A stretch of 64,000 nt of DNA from an uncultured Acidimicrobiales bacterium (GTDB taxonomy: Bacteria; Actinomycetota; Acidimicrobiia; Acidimicrobiales; RAAP-2), in assembly GCA_963841925.1 (NCBI GenBank), contig CAWJER010000005.1:34086-98085 (forward strand). The letters are read 5' to 3'. The translations under genes were made by a program, and so were the position numbers. How positions within the stretch are numbered: the stretch's first letter is position 1; every line of letters starts with the position of its first letter. The notes beneath the pieces are model-generated. The model saw nothing but the letters and a program-made list of their open reading frames with translations, had not been told where the DNA came from and made no database searches. Below, piece by piece: positions 20,673 through 30,669 of the stretch.

Positions 20673-23600
20673 ATGGACTCCCGCGCCCCACACCGATTGG
20701 CCCGCGGCACCGTGCCGCCAGTGAACGTCCTCGTGGCGGTCGCCGTGGTCGTGCTGGCCGTGCTCGGCACCCTGACGGCCGTGGTGTGGAGCGGTGCGGG
20801 CACCGCGGCCCCGACCCCCCAGATCCCCGGAAGCCCGGCGGCACCGACCGCCGCCGACGTCAGCCCGATGTGCACCACCACGGATCCGGCCGCCGTCCTC
20901 GGCCCGTCCACCAGCCTGCCGTCGACCACCACCTCGACCGTCGTGACACCCTCGGGCGGGGTGGTGACCTTCGTGGCCACGTCCTCGGACCTCTACGTGA
21001 ACACGGGGACCCAGCTGGCCACCTACACCCTCGCCGGCTCCGAGGTGGGCTCGTTCGCCCTGCCCTATGGCTTCACCTCGTCCGAGGGGCCCACCGCGCC
21101 GGTGATCGACTCCTCGGGGAACATCTACATCGCCAGCAGGGACGGCCAGGTGGTCGACAAGTACTCGCCCACCGGGACGCTCGACTGGTCGGTCGACCCC
21201 GAGTCGGGCAGCCCGACCGGGCTCTTCTCGGTCACCAACGGCGGCACCTTCGAGCTGATGGTCTCCGTGTCCCAGGACACGGCCCACAGCGACGTCCTGA
21301 ACACGGCCACCGGGGCGGTCACCGGCACCTTCCCGCTGGTCGACAGCGGCTACGTGACCCAGGCGCCGGGCGGCGACCTGCTGTACTCGGCCAACGGCTA
21401 CGTGACCACGTTCAGCCCGACGGGCACCGTGCTGTCCCGGTTCGGGGACTCCCAGACCGAGCAGAACGGGGCCCACACCGGGGGCGGGGTCGAGTTCGCC
21501 GACGGCGGCCAGGCCCTCCAGGCCACCTCGGGCGGGACGATCTACACCGTCGACCCGAACCACACCATCGAGGCCACCAGCCCCCAGGGGTTCTTCCAGG
21601 CCAGCACCTCGTTCAACTCCACCCTGGCCGTGGGCTCCGGCTACGCCTCCCTGATCGGGTCGACCGTCTACTTCGTGGGCGGTCCGACGTTCAACACCCC
21701 GGCCGACGACATCTCCTCGGTCCCCCTCGCCACCCTCCAGGCCTACCTCGGGGCCATCCAGGCCCCGGACGACTCCCTGGGCTGGGGCGCGGGCCTGGCC
21801 ACCCCGGCGACGGGCAACTACTTCGCCCCCGGCACCACCCCGTCGCTCGAGGCCACCTTCGACCCGTGGTGGACCTCGGTGGCCTCGGGCCTCCAGCTGT
21901 CCTACTCGGTGGAGAACGTGGCCTCCCTCGACGCCTACAGCGTCCCCGCCCCCACGGTGGTCACGCTGCCGACCACGGCCGCCGGGCTCGCCTCGGTCCC
22001 CCTGGCCCTCCCGTCCGCCGACACGGTGGCCGGGCCCTACCAGGTCCAGGCCTCCCTGATCGACACGGCCACCAACCCGCCGACCACCCTCGGCACCACG
22101 TGCATGCCCTACACGGTGGGGGCCACCGGTGACGGCCTGGACTTCGCCACCCTGCCCGCCGGGGTCGACACCGGCGGCCCGGCCGACCCCCGGGGCGTGG
22201 CCCTGGCCGCCCAGCTCGGACTGTCGGGCCTGCGCAGCCAGAGCGTCATCAACTGGGGGACCTTCCTCCCCAACTGCAACTCGTCGTCCCCGACGGCGGC
22301 CACCTGCGGCCCGTCGGCCATGACCTTCGCCTCGGCCAGCACCGACCCCTACCGGGCCGCCTACCTCGCCGACCAGGACGGGGTCGCCTACTGGATCCAG
22401 GTCTCGGGGGGCGACGCCACCTCGATGGCGCTGGTGACCAGCGGCCTGTGGCAGGCCGACGTGGCCTCCCTCGTGTCCCACTACGCCACCGTGCCCGCCG
22501 GGTGCGGGGCGTGCGCCCCGGTCACCAAGTGGGAGCCCTGGAACGAGTCGAACAACACCGGCTGGGGGAACGCCGCGGCCTACACCACCCAGGTGCTCGC
22601 CCCGTTCTACGCCGCCGTGAAGTCGGTGCTCCCGGGCACCTCGTCCACCGTCATCGGGGGCACGACCATCGAGCCCTCCATCGGGTGGTGGCAGCAACTG
22701 GTGGCCGCCGGCGGCCTGGCCGACATGGACGTCGCCGCCATCCACCCCTACACGGGCTCCAACGACGCCTACGAGGAGGACGGGATCCCGGCCCAGGTCC
22801 GCCAGCTGGAGGCCGTCCTCGGGACCAAGCCGCTGTGGTTCACCGAGATCGGCTGGTGGAGCGACGGCGACTACAACTTCCTCGGCCAGGCCAACGACGT
22901 GAGCCGCTCGCTCATCTGGCAGAAGGCCCTGGGCGTGCCCGTCCAGAACTACTTCTTCGACGAGGGCGGCTACGGCAGCCAGGGGGTGTCCTACTCCCTC
23001 ATCGAGGCCAGCCAGGGCGTCGACTACGTGAAGCCCTCGGCACTGGCCGCCATGACCACGTCGGGCCTGCTGGCCGGCCGGCCGGCCCTGGCCACGCCGT
23101 CCATCGGCATCCCCCAGGGCTACGAGGCCGACTTCGGCGCCACCGCCGGGGGCACCACCCGGGTCTCGGCGGTGTGGACCGACGGCCTCCCGGTCACGGC
23201 GTCGGTGACCCTCACCAGCCCGACCGGCTCCACCGACCCGATCACCGTCACCTCCGAGTACGGCAACGCCACCACCGTCTCGGCCGACTCGGGCACGGCC
23301 TACAGCCTCCCCCTCTCGGACCAGGTCTCCTTCCTCACCTACCCGGCCGGTGACACCCTCACCGTCGGCCCCACCGAGGCCTTCGGGACCAACCTGGCCT
23401 CGGCCGCCGCCGGGGCCACGGCCACCGCCTCGAGCGGCACCGCCGCCAACGCCATCAACGGGCTCCCCCTCGGCTACGGGCAGGGCTGGACCTCGGGGAC
23501 GGGGGACACCACGCCGTCGCTGACGGTGACCCTGGCCGCCGCCTCCACCCTGGACCGGGTCATCGTGGACACCCAGTCCCAGGGCTCGGTGGCCGGCGGA

Positions 23601-24713
23601 CTGCGCGACTACACGGTGTCGGCCGACGAGCCGGGCACCGGGTGGGTCACGGTCGGCACCGAGCAGAACCAGCTCCGGAACCACGAGGCGCTGCTCACCT
23701 TCGCCCCGCTGGTGGCCACCGCCCTCAAGGTCTCGATCAGCGAGATCGACTTCGGCGGCTACTTCGGAGGCGGCATCCCACCGTTCTGGCCCGTCACCTG
23801 GAACAACACAGCGTTCATCCACACCGTCGAGGCCTACGGCGGCTCGGGCGGCCCCTCGGTGGTCGACGGGACCGGGCTGCCGGCGCTGGTCGCCCAGACG
23901 CCGGTGGGCGGAGGGGGCGGTTCCAGTCCCCCCTCCCCGGGCCCGAGCCCGTCGTCCGGCGGGAGTGACGGCTACCGGCTGGTGACGTCCACCGGCGAGG
24001 TGTCGACGTTCGGCTCCGACCGGTTCTTCGGCCCGGACCAGGTGCACGCTCTCAGCAAGCCCATCGTGGCCATGGCCGGCACCCCGGACGGCAACGGCTA
24101 CTGGCTGGTCGGCGCCGACGGCGGGATCTTCAACTTCGGCGACGCCGGGTTCCACGGCTCCACCGGATCTCTGGACCTGAACGCCCCGATCGTCGGGATC
24201 GCATCCTCGGTGGACGGGGGCGGCTACTGGATGGTCGGCGCCGACGGGGGCATCTTCGCCACCGGGGACGCCCCCTTCCTCGGCTCGACCGGCGCGCTCC
24301 GGCTCAACAAACCCATCGTGGGCATGGCCGCCACCGGCAACGGCAAGGGCTACTGGCTGGTGGCCTCCGACGGCGGGGTCTTCGCCTTCGGCGACGCCGG
24401 CTTCTACGGCTCCACCGGTGCCCTCACGCTCAACAAGCCCATCGTGGGCATGGCGGTGACGCCCTCGGGCCACGGCTACTGGCTGGTGGCCTCCGACGGT
24501 GGGGTCTTCGCCTTCGGCGACGCCGGCTTCTACGGCTCCACCGGTTCGCTCGCCCTGAACAAGCCGATCGTGGGTGCCGCCACCACCCCCGACGGCAAGG
24601 GCTACTGGCTGATGGCCTCCGACGGCGGGGTCTTCGCCTTCGGTGACGCCCCGTTCCTCGGGGCGGGCGAGACGTCGGCCAGCGCCCCCTTCGTGGGTGC
24701 CGAAGGCGGCTGA
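20673..24713 (+). CDS. Secreted multidomain protein: unknown N-terminal region, clan GH-A-like glycoside hydrolase, F5/8 type C (discoidin)-like domain, six-copy 42-aa C-terminal repeat
   Basis: Signal/TM segment: VLVAVAVVVLAVLGTLTAVVW. KWEPWNESNN (approx. 22530) and LWFTEIGWW (approx. 22850) are spaced approx. 105 aa apart, like the acid/base and nucleophile Glu of (beta/alpha)8 hydrolases. A discoidin-like block lies at approx. 23390-23830, followed by a GGGGSSPPSPGPSPSSGGS linker. Six GYWLV..DGG.F.FGDA repeats span 23962-24713. Confidence 0.75.
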   Translation: MDSRAPHRLARGTVPPVNVLVAVAVVVLAVLGTLTAVVWSGAGTAAPTPQIPGSPAAPTAADVSPMCTTTDPAAVLGPSTSLPSTTTSTVVTPSGGVVTFVATSSDLYVNTGTQLATYTLAGSEVGSFALPYGFTSSEGPTAPVIDSSGNIYIASRDGQVVDKYSPTGTLDWSVDPESGSPTGLFSVTNGGTFELMVSVSQDTAHSDVLNTATGAVTGTFPLVDSGYVTQAPGGDLLYSANGYVTTFSPTGTVLSRFGDSQTEQNGAHTGGGVEFADGGQALQATSGGTIYTVDPNHTIEATSPQGFFQASTSFNSTLAVGSGYASLIGSTVYFVGGPTFNTPADDISSVPLATLQAYLGAIQAPDDSLGWGAGLATPATGNYFAPGTTPSLEATFDPWWTSVASGLQLSYSVENVASLDAYSVPAPTVVTLPTTAAGLASVPLALPSADTVAGPYQVQASLIDTATNPPTTLGTTCMPYTVGATGDGLDFATLPAGVDTGGPADPRGVALAAQLGLSGLRSQSVINWGTFLPNCNSSSPTAATCGPSAMTFASASTDPYRAAYLADQDGVAYWIQVSGGDATSMALVTSGLWQADVASLVSHYATVPAGCGACAPVTKWEPWNESNNTGWGNAAAYTTQVLAPFYAAVKSVLPGTSSTVIGGTTIEPSIGWWQQLVAAGGLADMDVAAIHPYTGSNDAYEEDGIPAQVRQLEAVLGTKPLWFTEIGWWSDGDYNFLGQANDVSRSLIWQKALGVPVQNYFFDEGGYGSQGVSYSLIEASQGVDYVKPSALAAMTTSGLLAGRPALATPSIGIPQGYEADFGATAGGTTRVSAVWTDGLPVTASVTLTSPTGSTDPITVTSEYGNATTVSADSGTAYSLPLSDQVSFLTYPAGDTLTVGPTEAFGTNLASAAAGATATASSGTAANAINGLPLGYGQGWTSGTGDTTPSLTVTLAAASTLDRVIVDTQSQGSVAGGLRDYTVSADEPGTGWVTVGTEQNQLRNHEALLTFAPLVATALKVSISEIDFGGYFGGGIPPFWPVTWNNTAFIHTVEAYGGSGGPSVVDGTGLPALVAQTPVGGGGGSSPPSPGPSPSSGGSDGYRLVTSTGEVSTFGSDRFFGPDQVHALSKPIVAMAGTPDGNGYWLVGADGGIFNFGDAGFHGSTGSLDLNAPIVGIASSVDGGGYWMVGADGGIFATGDAPFLGSTGALRLNKPIVGMAATGNGKGYWLVASDGGVFAFGDAGFYGSTGALTLNKPIVGMAVTPSGHGYWLVASDGGVFAFGDAGFYGSTGSLALNKPIVGAATTPDGKGYWLMASDGGVFAFGDAPFLGAGETSASAPFVGAEGG

Positions 24714-24775
24714 GGCCGGAGGGCCCCACGGCACCACCCGTCCTGGGGGCGGTCGGGGCTGTGTAGGGTGGCCCC

Positions 24776-25354
24776 ATGGCCGACCAGGCGCAGTTCGCGG
24801 ACCTCGCCATGGAGTACATGTCGGCCCTGTACACGGCGGCCCTGCGCATGACCCGGAACCCGGCCGACGCCGAGGACCTGGTCCAGGAGACGTACCTGAA
24901 GGCCTACCGGGCCTTCGGGTCGTTCCAGGCCGGAACCAACCTGAAGGCCTGGCTCTACCGGATCCTGACCAACACGTACATCAACACGTACCGTGCGAAG
25001 AAGCGCCGGCCGGAGATCGCCGACGTGGAGGACGTGGAGGACCTGTACCTCTACCACCACCTGGCCGGTGATCCCTCGGCCGGACTCGGGCGCAGTGCCG
25101 AGGACGAGGCACTGGACCGGTTCACCGACACCGACGTCAAGGCGGCGATCGAGTCCCTTCCGGACACCTTCCGCATCGCCGTCCTGCTGGCCGATGTCGA
25201 GGGGTTCTCGTACAAGGAGATCGCGGAGATCACCGACGTGCCGATCGGCACCGTCATGAGCAGGATCCACCGCGGAAGAAAAGCCCTGCAGAAGGCGTTG
25301 GTCGATGTTGGAAGAGCACGCGGCCTCGTCGGGGCCTCCGACGAGGCGAGGTAG
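24776..25354 (+). CDS. sigH: ECF RNA polymerase sigma factor, SigH/SigR type
   Basis: [25 protein letters not shown] and [17 protein letters not shown] closely match mycobacterial SigH as I recall it. A ZAS anti-sigma gene follows. Confidence 0.85.
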   Translation: MADQAQFADLAMEYMSALYTAALRMTRNPADAEDLVQETYLKAYRAFGSFQAGTNLKAWLYRILTNTYINTYRAKKRRPEIADVEDVEDLYLYHHLAGDPSAGLGRSAEDEALDRFTDTDVKAAIESLPDTFRIAVLLADVEGFSYKEIAEITDVPIGTVMSRIHRGRKALQKALVDVGRARGLVGASDEAR

Positions 25355-25366
25355 GGGAGACGCACG

Positions 25367-25678
25367 ATGGCACGACAGGGAGACGGGGTACCCGACGCCG
25401 CGGCCACCGCTCGGATGCCCGAGGCGCCGGCCGGGTTCGTCGGCTGTGACGAGACCATCGAGAAGCTCTACTTCTACCTCGACGGCGAGCTGACCGAGCA
25501 GCGGCGCGTCGAGATCGCCCGCCACCTCGACCTGTGCGGGCCGTGTGTCGGGGCCTACGGGTTCGAGTCCGAGCTCCGCAGGCTGATCGCCAGCCGGTGC
25601 CAGGACCACGTGCCGGAGGCGTTGCGGGCACGGGTGGCCGAGGCGCTCCGCGAGGAGAGCGCAGCGGCGGCGGACTGA
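25367..25678 (+). CDS. rshA: Zinc-binding anti-sigma factor (ZAS; RshA/RsrA-like)
   Basis: HLDLCGPC (HxxxCxxC) plus an upstream Cys (CDETIEKLYFYLDGEL). Small size and its position directly after sigH fit the family. Confidence 0.8.
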   Translation: MARQGDGVPDAAATARMPEAPAGFVGCDETIEKLYFYLDGELTEQRRVEIARHLDLCGPCVGAYGFESELRRLIASRCQDHVPEALRARVAEALREESAAAAD

Positions 25679-25732
25679 CCGTCGGGACGTTCGAACCCCT
25701 CGCGGTGGCCGGCGCTCCCTACACTGGTCGCC

Positions 25733-26896
25733 GTGACCCTGTCCGAAGCCGAGACGCCTCCAGTGGACCACTCACCCGGAGGCGACGGCCGTGGTGGTGC
25801 GGGCGCGGTGAGCTGGGACACGGCCGAGCGCGTCGCCGGCTGGGTCGGGAGCCGCACCCGGGTCCCGGCTCCCTACCGACCCGACCTCCTCCAGGCGGAA
25901 TTCGCCGAGCTGACGGCCCAGGCCGAGGAGCTGGTGGCCGTGTCGACCGGGCTGCGCTCCGCCGCCGGCCCGGCACGGGCCCGGGTGACCGACCGCGCCG
26001 GCTGGGTGGCGGCCAACGTGTCCAGCTTCCAGCGGCTGCTCGGCCCCCACCTCGACCGGCTCGACCCGAGCCGGCTGGGTGGGTCCAACGCCGCGCTGTC
26101 CCTGCTGGCCGGACCCTTGGCCACCGCCGGCCGCGCCGCCACGGGCGCCCAGATGGGTGTCGTCCTGGGCTGGCTCTCGACCCGTGTGCTCGGTCAGTAC
26201 GACCTGCTGCTCACCGAGGAGGCCGCCGACGAGCAGGACCTCGTCTACTTCGTGGGCCCGAACGTGGTCGCCCTCGAGCGCCAGCACGGGTTCGAGCCCC
26301 GGGAGTTCCGGCTGTGGCTGGCCCTGCACGAGGTCACGCACCGCTGCCAGTTCACGGCGATCCCGTGGATGCGGGACTACTTCGTGTCGCTGGTCGAGGA
26401 GGGCATCGGCACGCTCGAACCCGACCCCGCCCGGCTGGCGGCGGCGCTGCGGCGGATGACCGACCAGATCCGGGCCGGGCGCAACCCGCTCGAGGACAAC
26501 GGTGCACTCGGCCTGGTGGCCACTCCCGAGCAGCTCGAGGGACTCCACCGGATCCAGGCGCTGATGAGCCTGCTCGAGGGCCATGGAGACGTCACCATGG
26601 ACCGGGCCGGCGCCGCCGACATCCCGAGCGCCCCCCACTTCGCCGCAGTCCTGCGCCAGCGCCGCAAGCAGGCCCACGGGCTGTCGCGGATCCTCCAGCA
26701 GCTCATCGGGATCGAGGCGAAGCTCCGCCAGTACGAGGAGGGCGAGCGGTTCATCGCCGCCGTCGAGGAGGTGGGCGGGACCGGACTACTCGACAACGCG
26801 TGGCGGGGCCCCGAGTGGCTGCCCTCGCTCGAGGAGATCCGGGACCCTTCGGGCTGGATCTCGCGGGTCGCCGCCGCCGCCACGCTCGTCCCGTGA
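25733..26896 (+). CDS. DUF2342-family putative zinc metalloprotease
   Basis: HEVTHRCQF (HExxH). 387 aa. It sits upstream of tilS-hpt, as in other actinobacteria. Confidence 0.7.
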   Translation: MTLSEAETPPVDHSPGGDGRGGAGAVSWDTAERVAGWVGSRTRVPAPYRPDLLQAEFAELTAQAEELVAVSTGLRSAAGPARARVTDRAGWVAANVSSFQRLLGPHLDRLDPSRLGGSNAALSLLAGPLATAGRAATGAQMGVVLGWLSTRVLGQYDLLLTEEAADEQDLVYFVGPNVVALERQHGFEPREFRLWLALHEVTHRCQFTAIPWMRDYFVSLVEEGIGTLEPDPARLAAALRRMTDQIRAGRNPLEDNGALGLVATPEQLEGLHRIQALMSLLEGHGDVTMDRAGAADIPSAPHFAAVLRQRRKQAHGLSRILQQLIGIEAKLRQYEEGERFIAAVEEVGGTGLLDNAWRGPEWLPSLEEIRDPSGWISRVAAAATLVP

Positions 26897-26900
26897 GCCG

Positions 26901-27917
26901 GTGACCCGATCCCGGCCGCGGGAGACGGGCGGGGGGCCCGCCCACGCGCCAGGCGACACTCCCGCAGACGCCGGTGGGCGGCTGACGAACCGGATCCTGG
27001 CCGACGAACCCGGGGTCGCCGTCCTGCTGGCCCGGTGCACGTTCCCCCCGGCGGGGGAGTCGCTGGTGTGCGGGGTGTCCGGCGGACCCGATTCGACGGC
27101 GCTGCTCGCCCTGGCCGTGGCCGCCGGGTGCCGGCCCATCGCCGTGCACGTCGACCACGGGCTGCGGCCAGGGTCCGACGCCGAGGCCCACGTGGTGGCC
27201 ACCTCCGCCGACCGGCTCGGGGCGGCGTTCCGGTCCGTCCGGGTCGAGGTCCCCGACGGCCCCAATCTCGAGGCCCGTGCCCGGGAGGCCCGGCACCGGG
27301 CCCTCGGCACCGGCGCCGCCACGGGCCACACCATGGACGACCAGGCAGAGACGGTCCTGGGCAACCTGCTCCGGGGGGCCGGGGCCCACGGCCTGGCGGG
27401 CATGCGCGCCGGGTGGACCCACCCGCTCCTGGCCGTCCGGCGCCGCGAGACGGTGGCCCTGTGCGCTCGGTGGGGGCTCCCCACGGTCGAGGACCCGTCC
27501 AACGGTGACCCCAGGTTCGTCCGCAACCGGGTGCGCGCCGAACTGCTCCCGCTGTGCGCCCACATCGCCGGTCGCGACGTCGTGCCCGTACTGGCCCGCC
27601 AGGCCGTGCTCCTGGCCGGCGACGCCGACCTGCTCGACGCCGTCGGTGACCTGCTCGACCCCACCGACGCCGCCGCCCTGGCCGCCGCTCCCCCGGCGCA
27701 GGCCCGGCGTGCGCTCCGGCGGTGGTTGGCGTCCGGGGGGCCGTACCCGCCCCCGGCCGACGCCGTCGACCGGGTGCTCCAGGTGGCCCGGCTCGAGCGC
27801 CGGGCCACCGAGGTCCCCGGCGGGGTCCGGGTGTCCCGGTCCGCCGGGCGGCTCGTCCGGGTTCCGTCGGTGGGCCCCGGGCCGGGAGGGGTCGCCGGCG
27901 CTCCGGTACAGTCGTGA
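26901..27917 (+). CDS. tilS: tRNA(Ile)-lysidine synthase
   Basis: PP-loop motif [15 protein letters not shown], plus [11 protein letters not shown]. The start at GTG 26901 is a best guess; the upstream part of ORF 26583..27917 overlaps the previous gene. Confidence 0.8.
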   Translation: MTRSRPRETGGGPAHAPGDTPADAGGRLTNRILADEPGVAVLLARCTFPPAGESLVCGVSGGPDSTALLALAVAAGCRPIAVHVDHGLRPGSDAEAHVVATSADRLGAAFRSVRVEVPDGPNLEARAREARHRALGTGAATGHTMDDQAETVLGNLLRGAGAHGLAGMRAGWTHPLLAVRRRETVALCARWGLPTVEDPSNGDPRFVRNRVRAELLPLCAHIAGRDVVPVLARQAVLLAGDADLLDAVGDLLDPTDAAALAAAPPAQARRALRRWLASGGPYPPPADAVDRVLQVARLERRATEVPGGVRVSRSAGRLVRVPSVGPGPGGVAGAPVQS

Positions 27918-27918
27918 C

Positions 27919-28500
27919 GTGACCAGTCCCGGCGACCACCGCCCCATCGACGGCTCGCGCCTCGAGGACGGTGACGAGGTCGGCGACGTGATCGTCTCCG
28001 AGGTGGACCTGCAGCGCCGCATCGCCGAGCTCGGGGCGGCAATCACCGGCGACTACGCGGGCCGGCCCCCACTCCTGGTCGGCGTGCTGAAGGGCGCGTT
28101 CATGTTCATGAGCGACCTGTCGAGGGCCATCGCCCTGCCCTCCGAGGTCGACTTCATGGCCGTCTCGTCCTATGGGACCGCCACCCGGACCTCGGGCGTG
28201 GTGCGGATCGTCAAGGACCTCGATGTGGACCTCGTCGACCGGCACGTCCTGGTGGTCGAGGACATCGTCGACAGCGGACTCACCCTCAGCTATCTCCAGC
28301 GCTACCTCCTTGCCCGTGAGCCGGCGAGCCTCGAGGTCTGCGCCCTCCTCGTCAAGGAGGGCCAGCAGCGCACCGCGGTCGACCTGCGCTACGTCGGGTT
28401 CACCATCCCGGCCGACTTCGTGATCGGGTACGGCCTCGACGTCGCCGAGCGCTACCGGAACCTGCCGGCCATCCACGCCTACCTCGGACCGAAGCCGTAG
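27919..28500 (+). CDS. hpt: Hypoxanthine phosphoribosyltransferase
   Basis: PRPP motif [20 protein letters not shown] at 27919, two nt after the tilS stop. Confidence 0.85.
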   Translation: MTSPGDHRPIDGSRLEDGDEVGDVIVSEVDLQRRIAELGAAITGDYAGRPPLLVGVLKGAFMFMSDLSRAIALPSEVDFMAVSSYGTATRTSGVVRIVKDLDVDLVDRHVLVVEDIVDSGLTLSYLQRYLLAREPASLEVCALLVKEGQQRTAVDLRYVGFTIPADFVIGYGLDVAERYRNLPAIHAYLGPKP

Positions 28501-28635
28501 GCACCGACGGCCGGGATCGGGATGCCCGTGCGGTGCGGGACGGGTGCACCCGACACGGTGGGCGCCGACGCCGGGTAGAACGGGGCACCGGGCCCACGCA
28601 GCGGGCCGACCGACGACTGGAGAGGTGACCGGACG

Positions 28636-29205
28636 ATGAGCGTGGACACGAAGCGGATCGAGGCGGCCGTGCTCGAGATCCTCGCCGCCGTGGGCGAGGA
28701 CCCGGGACGTGACGGCCTCCTGAGGACGCCCGAGCGCGTCGCCCGGATGTACGAGGAGCTCTTCGCCGGCTTCGACCAGAACCCGGCCGATCATCTCGAG
28801 GTGACCTTCGCCGCCGACCACGACGAGATGGTCATGGTGCGGGACATCCCCTTCGCATCGCTGTGCGAGCACCACATGGTCCCGTTCATGGGCCGGGCCC
28901 ACGTGGCCTACATCCCGGGCTCGGACGGCCGGATCACCGGCCTGTCCAAGCTGGCCCGGCTCGTGGACGGCTTCGCCCGGCGCCTCCAGGTCCAAGAGCG
29001 CATGACCAGTCAGATCGCCGACGCCATCGAAGAGGCGCTCGACCCCAAGGGCGTGCTGGTGGTGGTCGACGCCGAGCACCTGTGCATGTCCATGCGGGGG
29101 GTCAAGAAGTCGGGCACGTCCACCGTCACCTCGGCCGTGCGCGGCCTCTTCCGGACCGATACCTCGACCCGGTTCGAGGCGATGCAGTTCGTCCGGGGCC
29201 GCTGA
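28636..29205 (+). CDS. folE: GTP cyclohydrolase I
   Basis: [22 protein letters not shown] and LQVQERMT. 189 aa. Confidence 0.9.
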   Translation: MSVDTKRIEAAVLEILAAVGEDPGRDGLLRTPERVARMYEELFAGFDQNPADHLEVTFAADHDEMVMVRDIPFASLCEHHMVPFMGRAHVAYIPGSDGRITGLSKLARLVDGFARRLQVQERMTSQIADAIEEALDPKGVLVVVDAEHLCMSMRGVKKSGTSTVTSAVRGLFRTDTSTRFEAMQFVRGR

Positions 29206-29284
29206 GCGGCCACCAGCCCCGGGACCCCACCCGCGGGCCCGGCGGGCGGTCGCGGCACCTCCCGCCCTGGTTTACGCTGGGCGG

Positions 29285-30133
29285 ATGCCCCAAGCCTCCA
29301 CCGAGGAACGCGCCCTGGTCATGGGGATCCTGAACGTGACCCCGGACTCGTTCTCCGACGGCGGGCGCTGGTTCGAGCCGGAGCTGGCGATCCGTCGGGG
29401 CCACGAGATGGTCGACGAGGGTGCTGACATCGTCGACGTGGGAGGCGAGTCCTCCCGCCCGGGCGCCGTCGAGGTGCCGGTGGAGGAGGAGCTCAGGCGG
29501 GTGCTCCCGGTGGTGGAGGCGCTCTGCCCCCACGTGCGGGTATCCGTGGACACGGTGAAGGAGCCTGTCGCCGAGGCCGCAGTGGCCGCCGGGGCGACCC
29601 TGGTCAACGACGTGTCCGCCTCCCTGTGGCCGGTGGCCGCCCGGCACGGCGTCGGCTGGGTCGCCATGCACCGGAAAGGGACCCCGACCACCATGCAGGA
29701 CGATCCGCGCTACGACGACGTGGTGGCCGAGGTGCGCGACCTGCTCGCCGAGCGGGCCACCGCGGCACTCGAGGCAGGGGTGCCCGAGATCTGGATCGAT
29801 CCGGGGATCGGCTTCGGGAAGACGATCGACCACAACTTCGAGCTCCTGGCCCGGCTGGACGTGCTGGTGGCCACCGGCCACCCGGTCCTGGTCGGGACCA
29901 GCAGGAAGGCCTTCCTGGGGAGGCTCGCCGCCGGTCCCGACGGCGGGCCCGTGCCCCCCGCGGACCGGTTGCCGGGCTCCCTCGCCACGGCCACGTGGGC
30001 ACTCCAGCAGGGGGCGGGTATGGTCCGGGTCCACGACGTGGCCGCCACGGTGCAGGCCGCGCTCCTGGTGGGCGTGCCGGGCCGGGTCGGTCGCGACGTC
30101 GGGACGAGGACGGATACGGAGGTCACATCGTGA
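29285..30133 (+). CDS. folP: Dihydropteroate synthase
   Basis: MGILNVTPDSFSDGG, DIVDVGGESSRPGA, DPGIGFGK. Confidence 0.9.
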   Translation: MPQASTEERALVMGILNVTPDSFSDGGRWFEPELAIRRGHEMVDEGADIVDVGGESSRPGAVEVPVEEELRRVLPVVEALCPHVRVSVDTVKEPVAEAAVAAGATLVNDVSASLWPVAARHGVGWVAMHRKGTPTTMQDDPRYDDVVAEVRDLLAERATAALEAGVPEIWIDPGIGFGKTIDHNFELLARLDVLVATGHPVLVGTSRKAFLGRLAAGPDGGPVPPADRLPGSLATATWALQQGAGMVRVHDVAATVQAALLVGVPGRVGRDVGTRTDTEVTS

Positions 30134-30669
30134 AGGGCAAGTGGGCGGCGGGCATCCCGCCGCGGAACTTCACCTGGGTGATCAAGGATCGCCTGGCCAT
30201 GAGCGAGCGTCCGGGCGGGTTCGCCCCGAACCACCGCAAGGTCCGGCGCCAGGAGGAGATCATCTGGCTCCAGGTCCAGGGATTCAACCGGGTGGTGTCG
30301 CTGCTCCCGTCGTCGCACAACCTGCAGGCGTACGAGGAGAAGTCACTGGCCAGCGTCCACTACCCCCTGCCGGCCTCGGGTGACGTCCGCGGCGTCCTGG
30401 GCGAGGTCTACCGCGACGTCCACGCCCGACTCGCCACCGGCGAGCGGATCCTGGTGCACCAGGAGGAGCTGGGCGACCGGGTGTCGGGGGTCATTGCCGG
30501 CTACCTGCTGTGGTCGGACCGGCTGCCCACCGGCCCCCAGTCCATCACTGCGCTCGAGCACCTGACCGGGCACCCGATGGGGCCCTCGGGCCGCGAGCTC
30601 GTGGCCTATGCCGGCCAACTGGCCCCACCGGCCACCCCCCACGACGCGGGTACCGGCCGCCGGGCGTGA
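30130..30669 (+). CDS. Dual-specificity-phosphatase-like protein with the catalytic Cys replaced by Gln
   Basis: The GTG at 30130 overlaps the folP stop, and its TGA overlaps the folB ATG. DSP-like layout with the P-loop ILVHQEELGDRVSGVIAGYLL. This is the HCx5R signature with Q in place of C; the Arg is retained. Confidence 0.6.
   Translation: MKGKWAAGIPPRNFTWVIKDRLAMSERPGGFAPNHRKVRRQEEIIWLQVQGFNRVVSLLPSSHNLQAYEEKSLASVHYPLPASGDVRGVLGEVYRDVHARLATGERILVHQEELGDRVSGVIAGYLLWSDRLPTGPQSITALEHLTGHPMGPSGRELVAYAGQLAPPATPHDAGTGRRA

Noticed and set aside
24714-24775. A SigH/SigR-type autoregulatory promoter (GGAAT-N18-GTT) upstream of sigH.
   Set aside because: No convincing match in the 62-bp spacer. 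There is only a TAGGGT hexamer at 24764-24769, 7 nt before the ATG. That might indicate a leaderless transcript but is too weak to call.
28501-28635. A riboswitch upstream of folE (THF/preQ1-like), or a c-di-AMP riboswitch upstream of kdp at 62012-62131.
   Set aside because: I could not recognise any conserved riboswitch core motifs by eye, and the kdp leader is too short. An Infernal/Rfam scan is needed to settle it.
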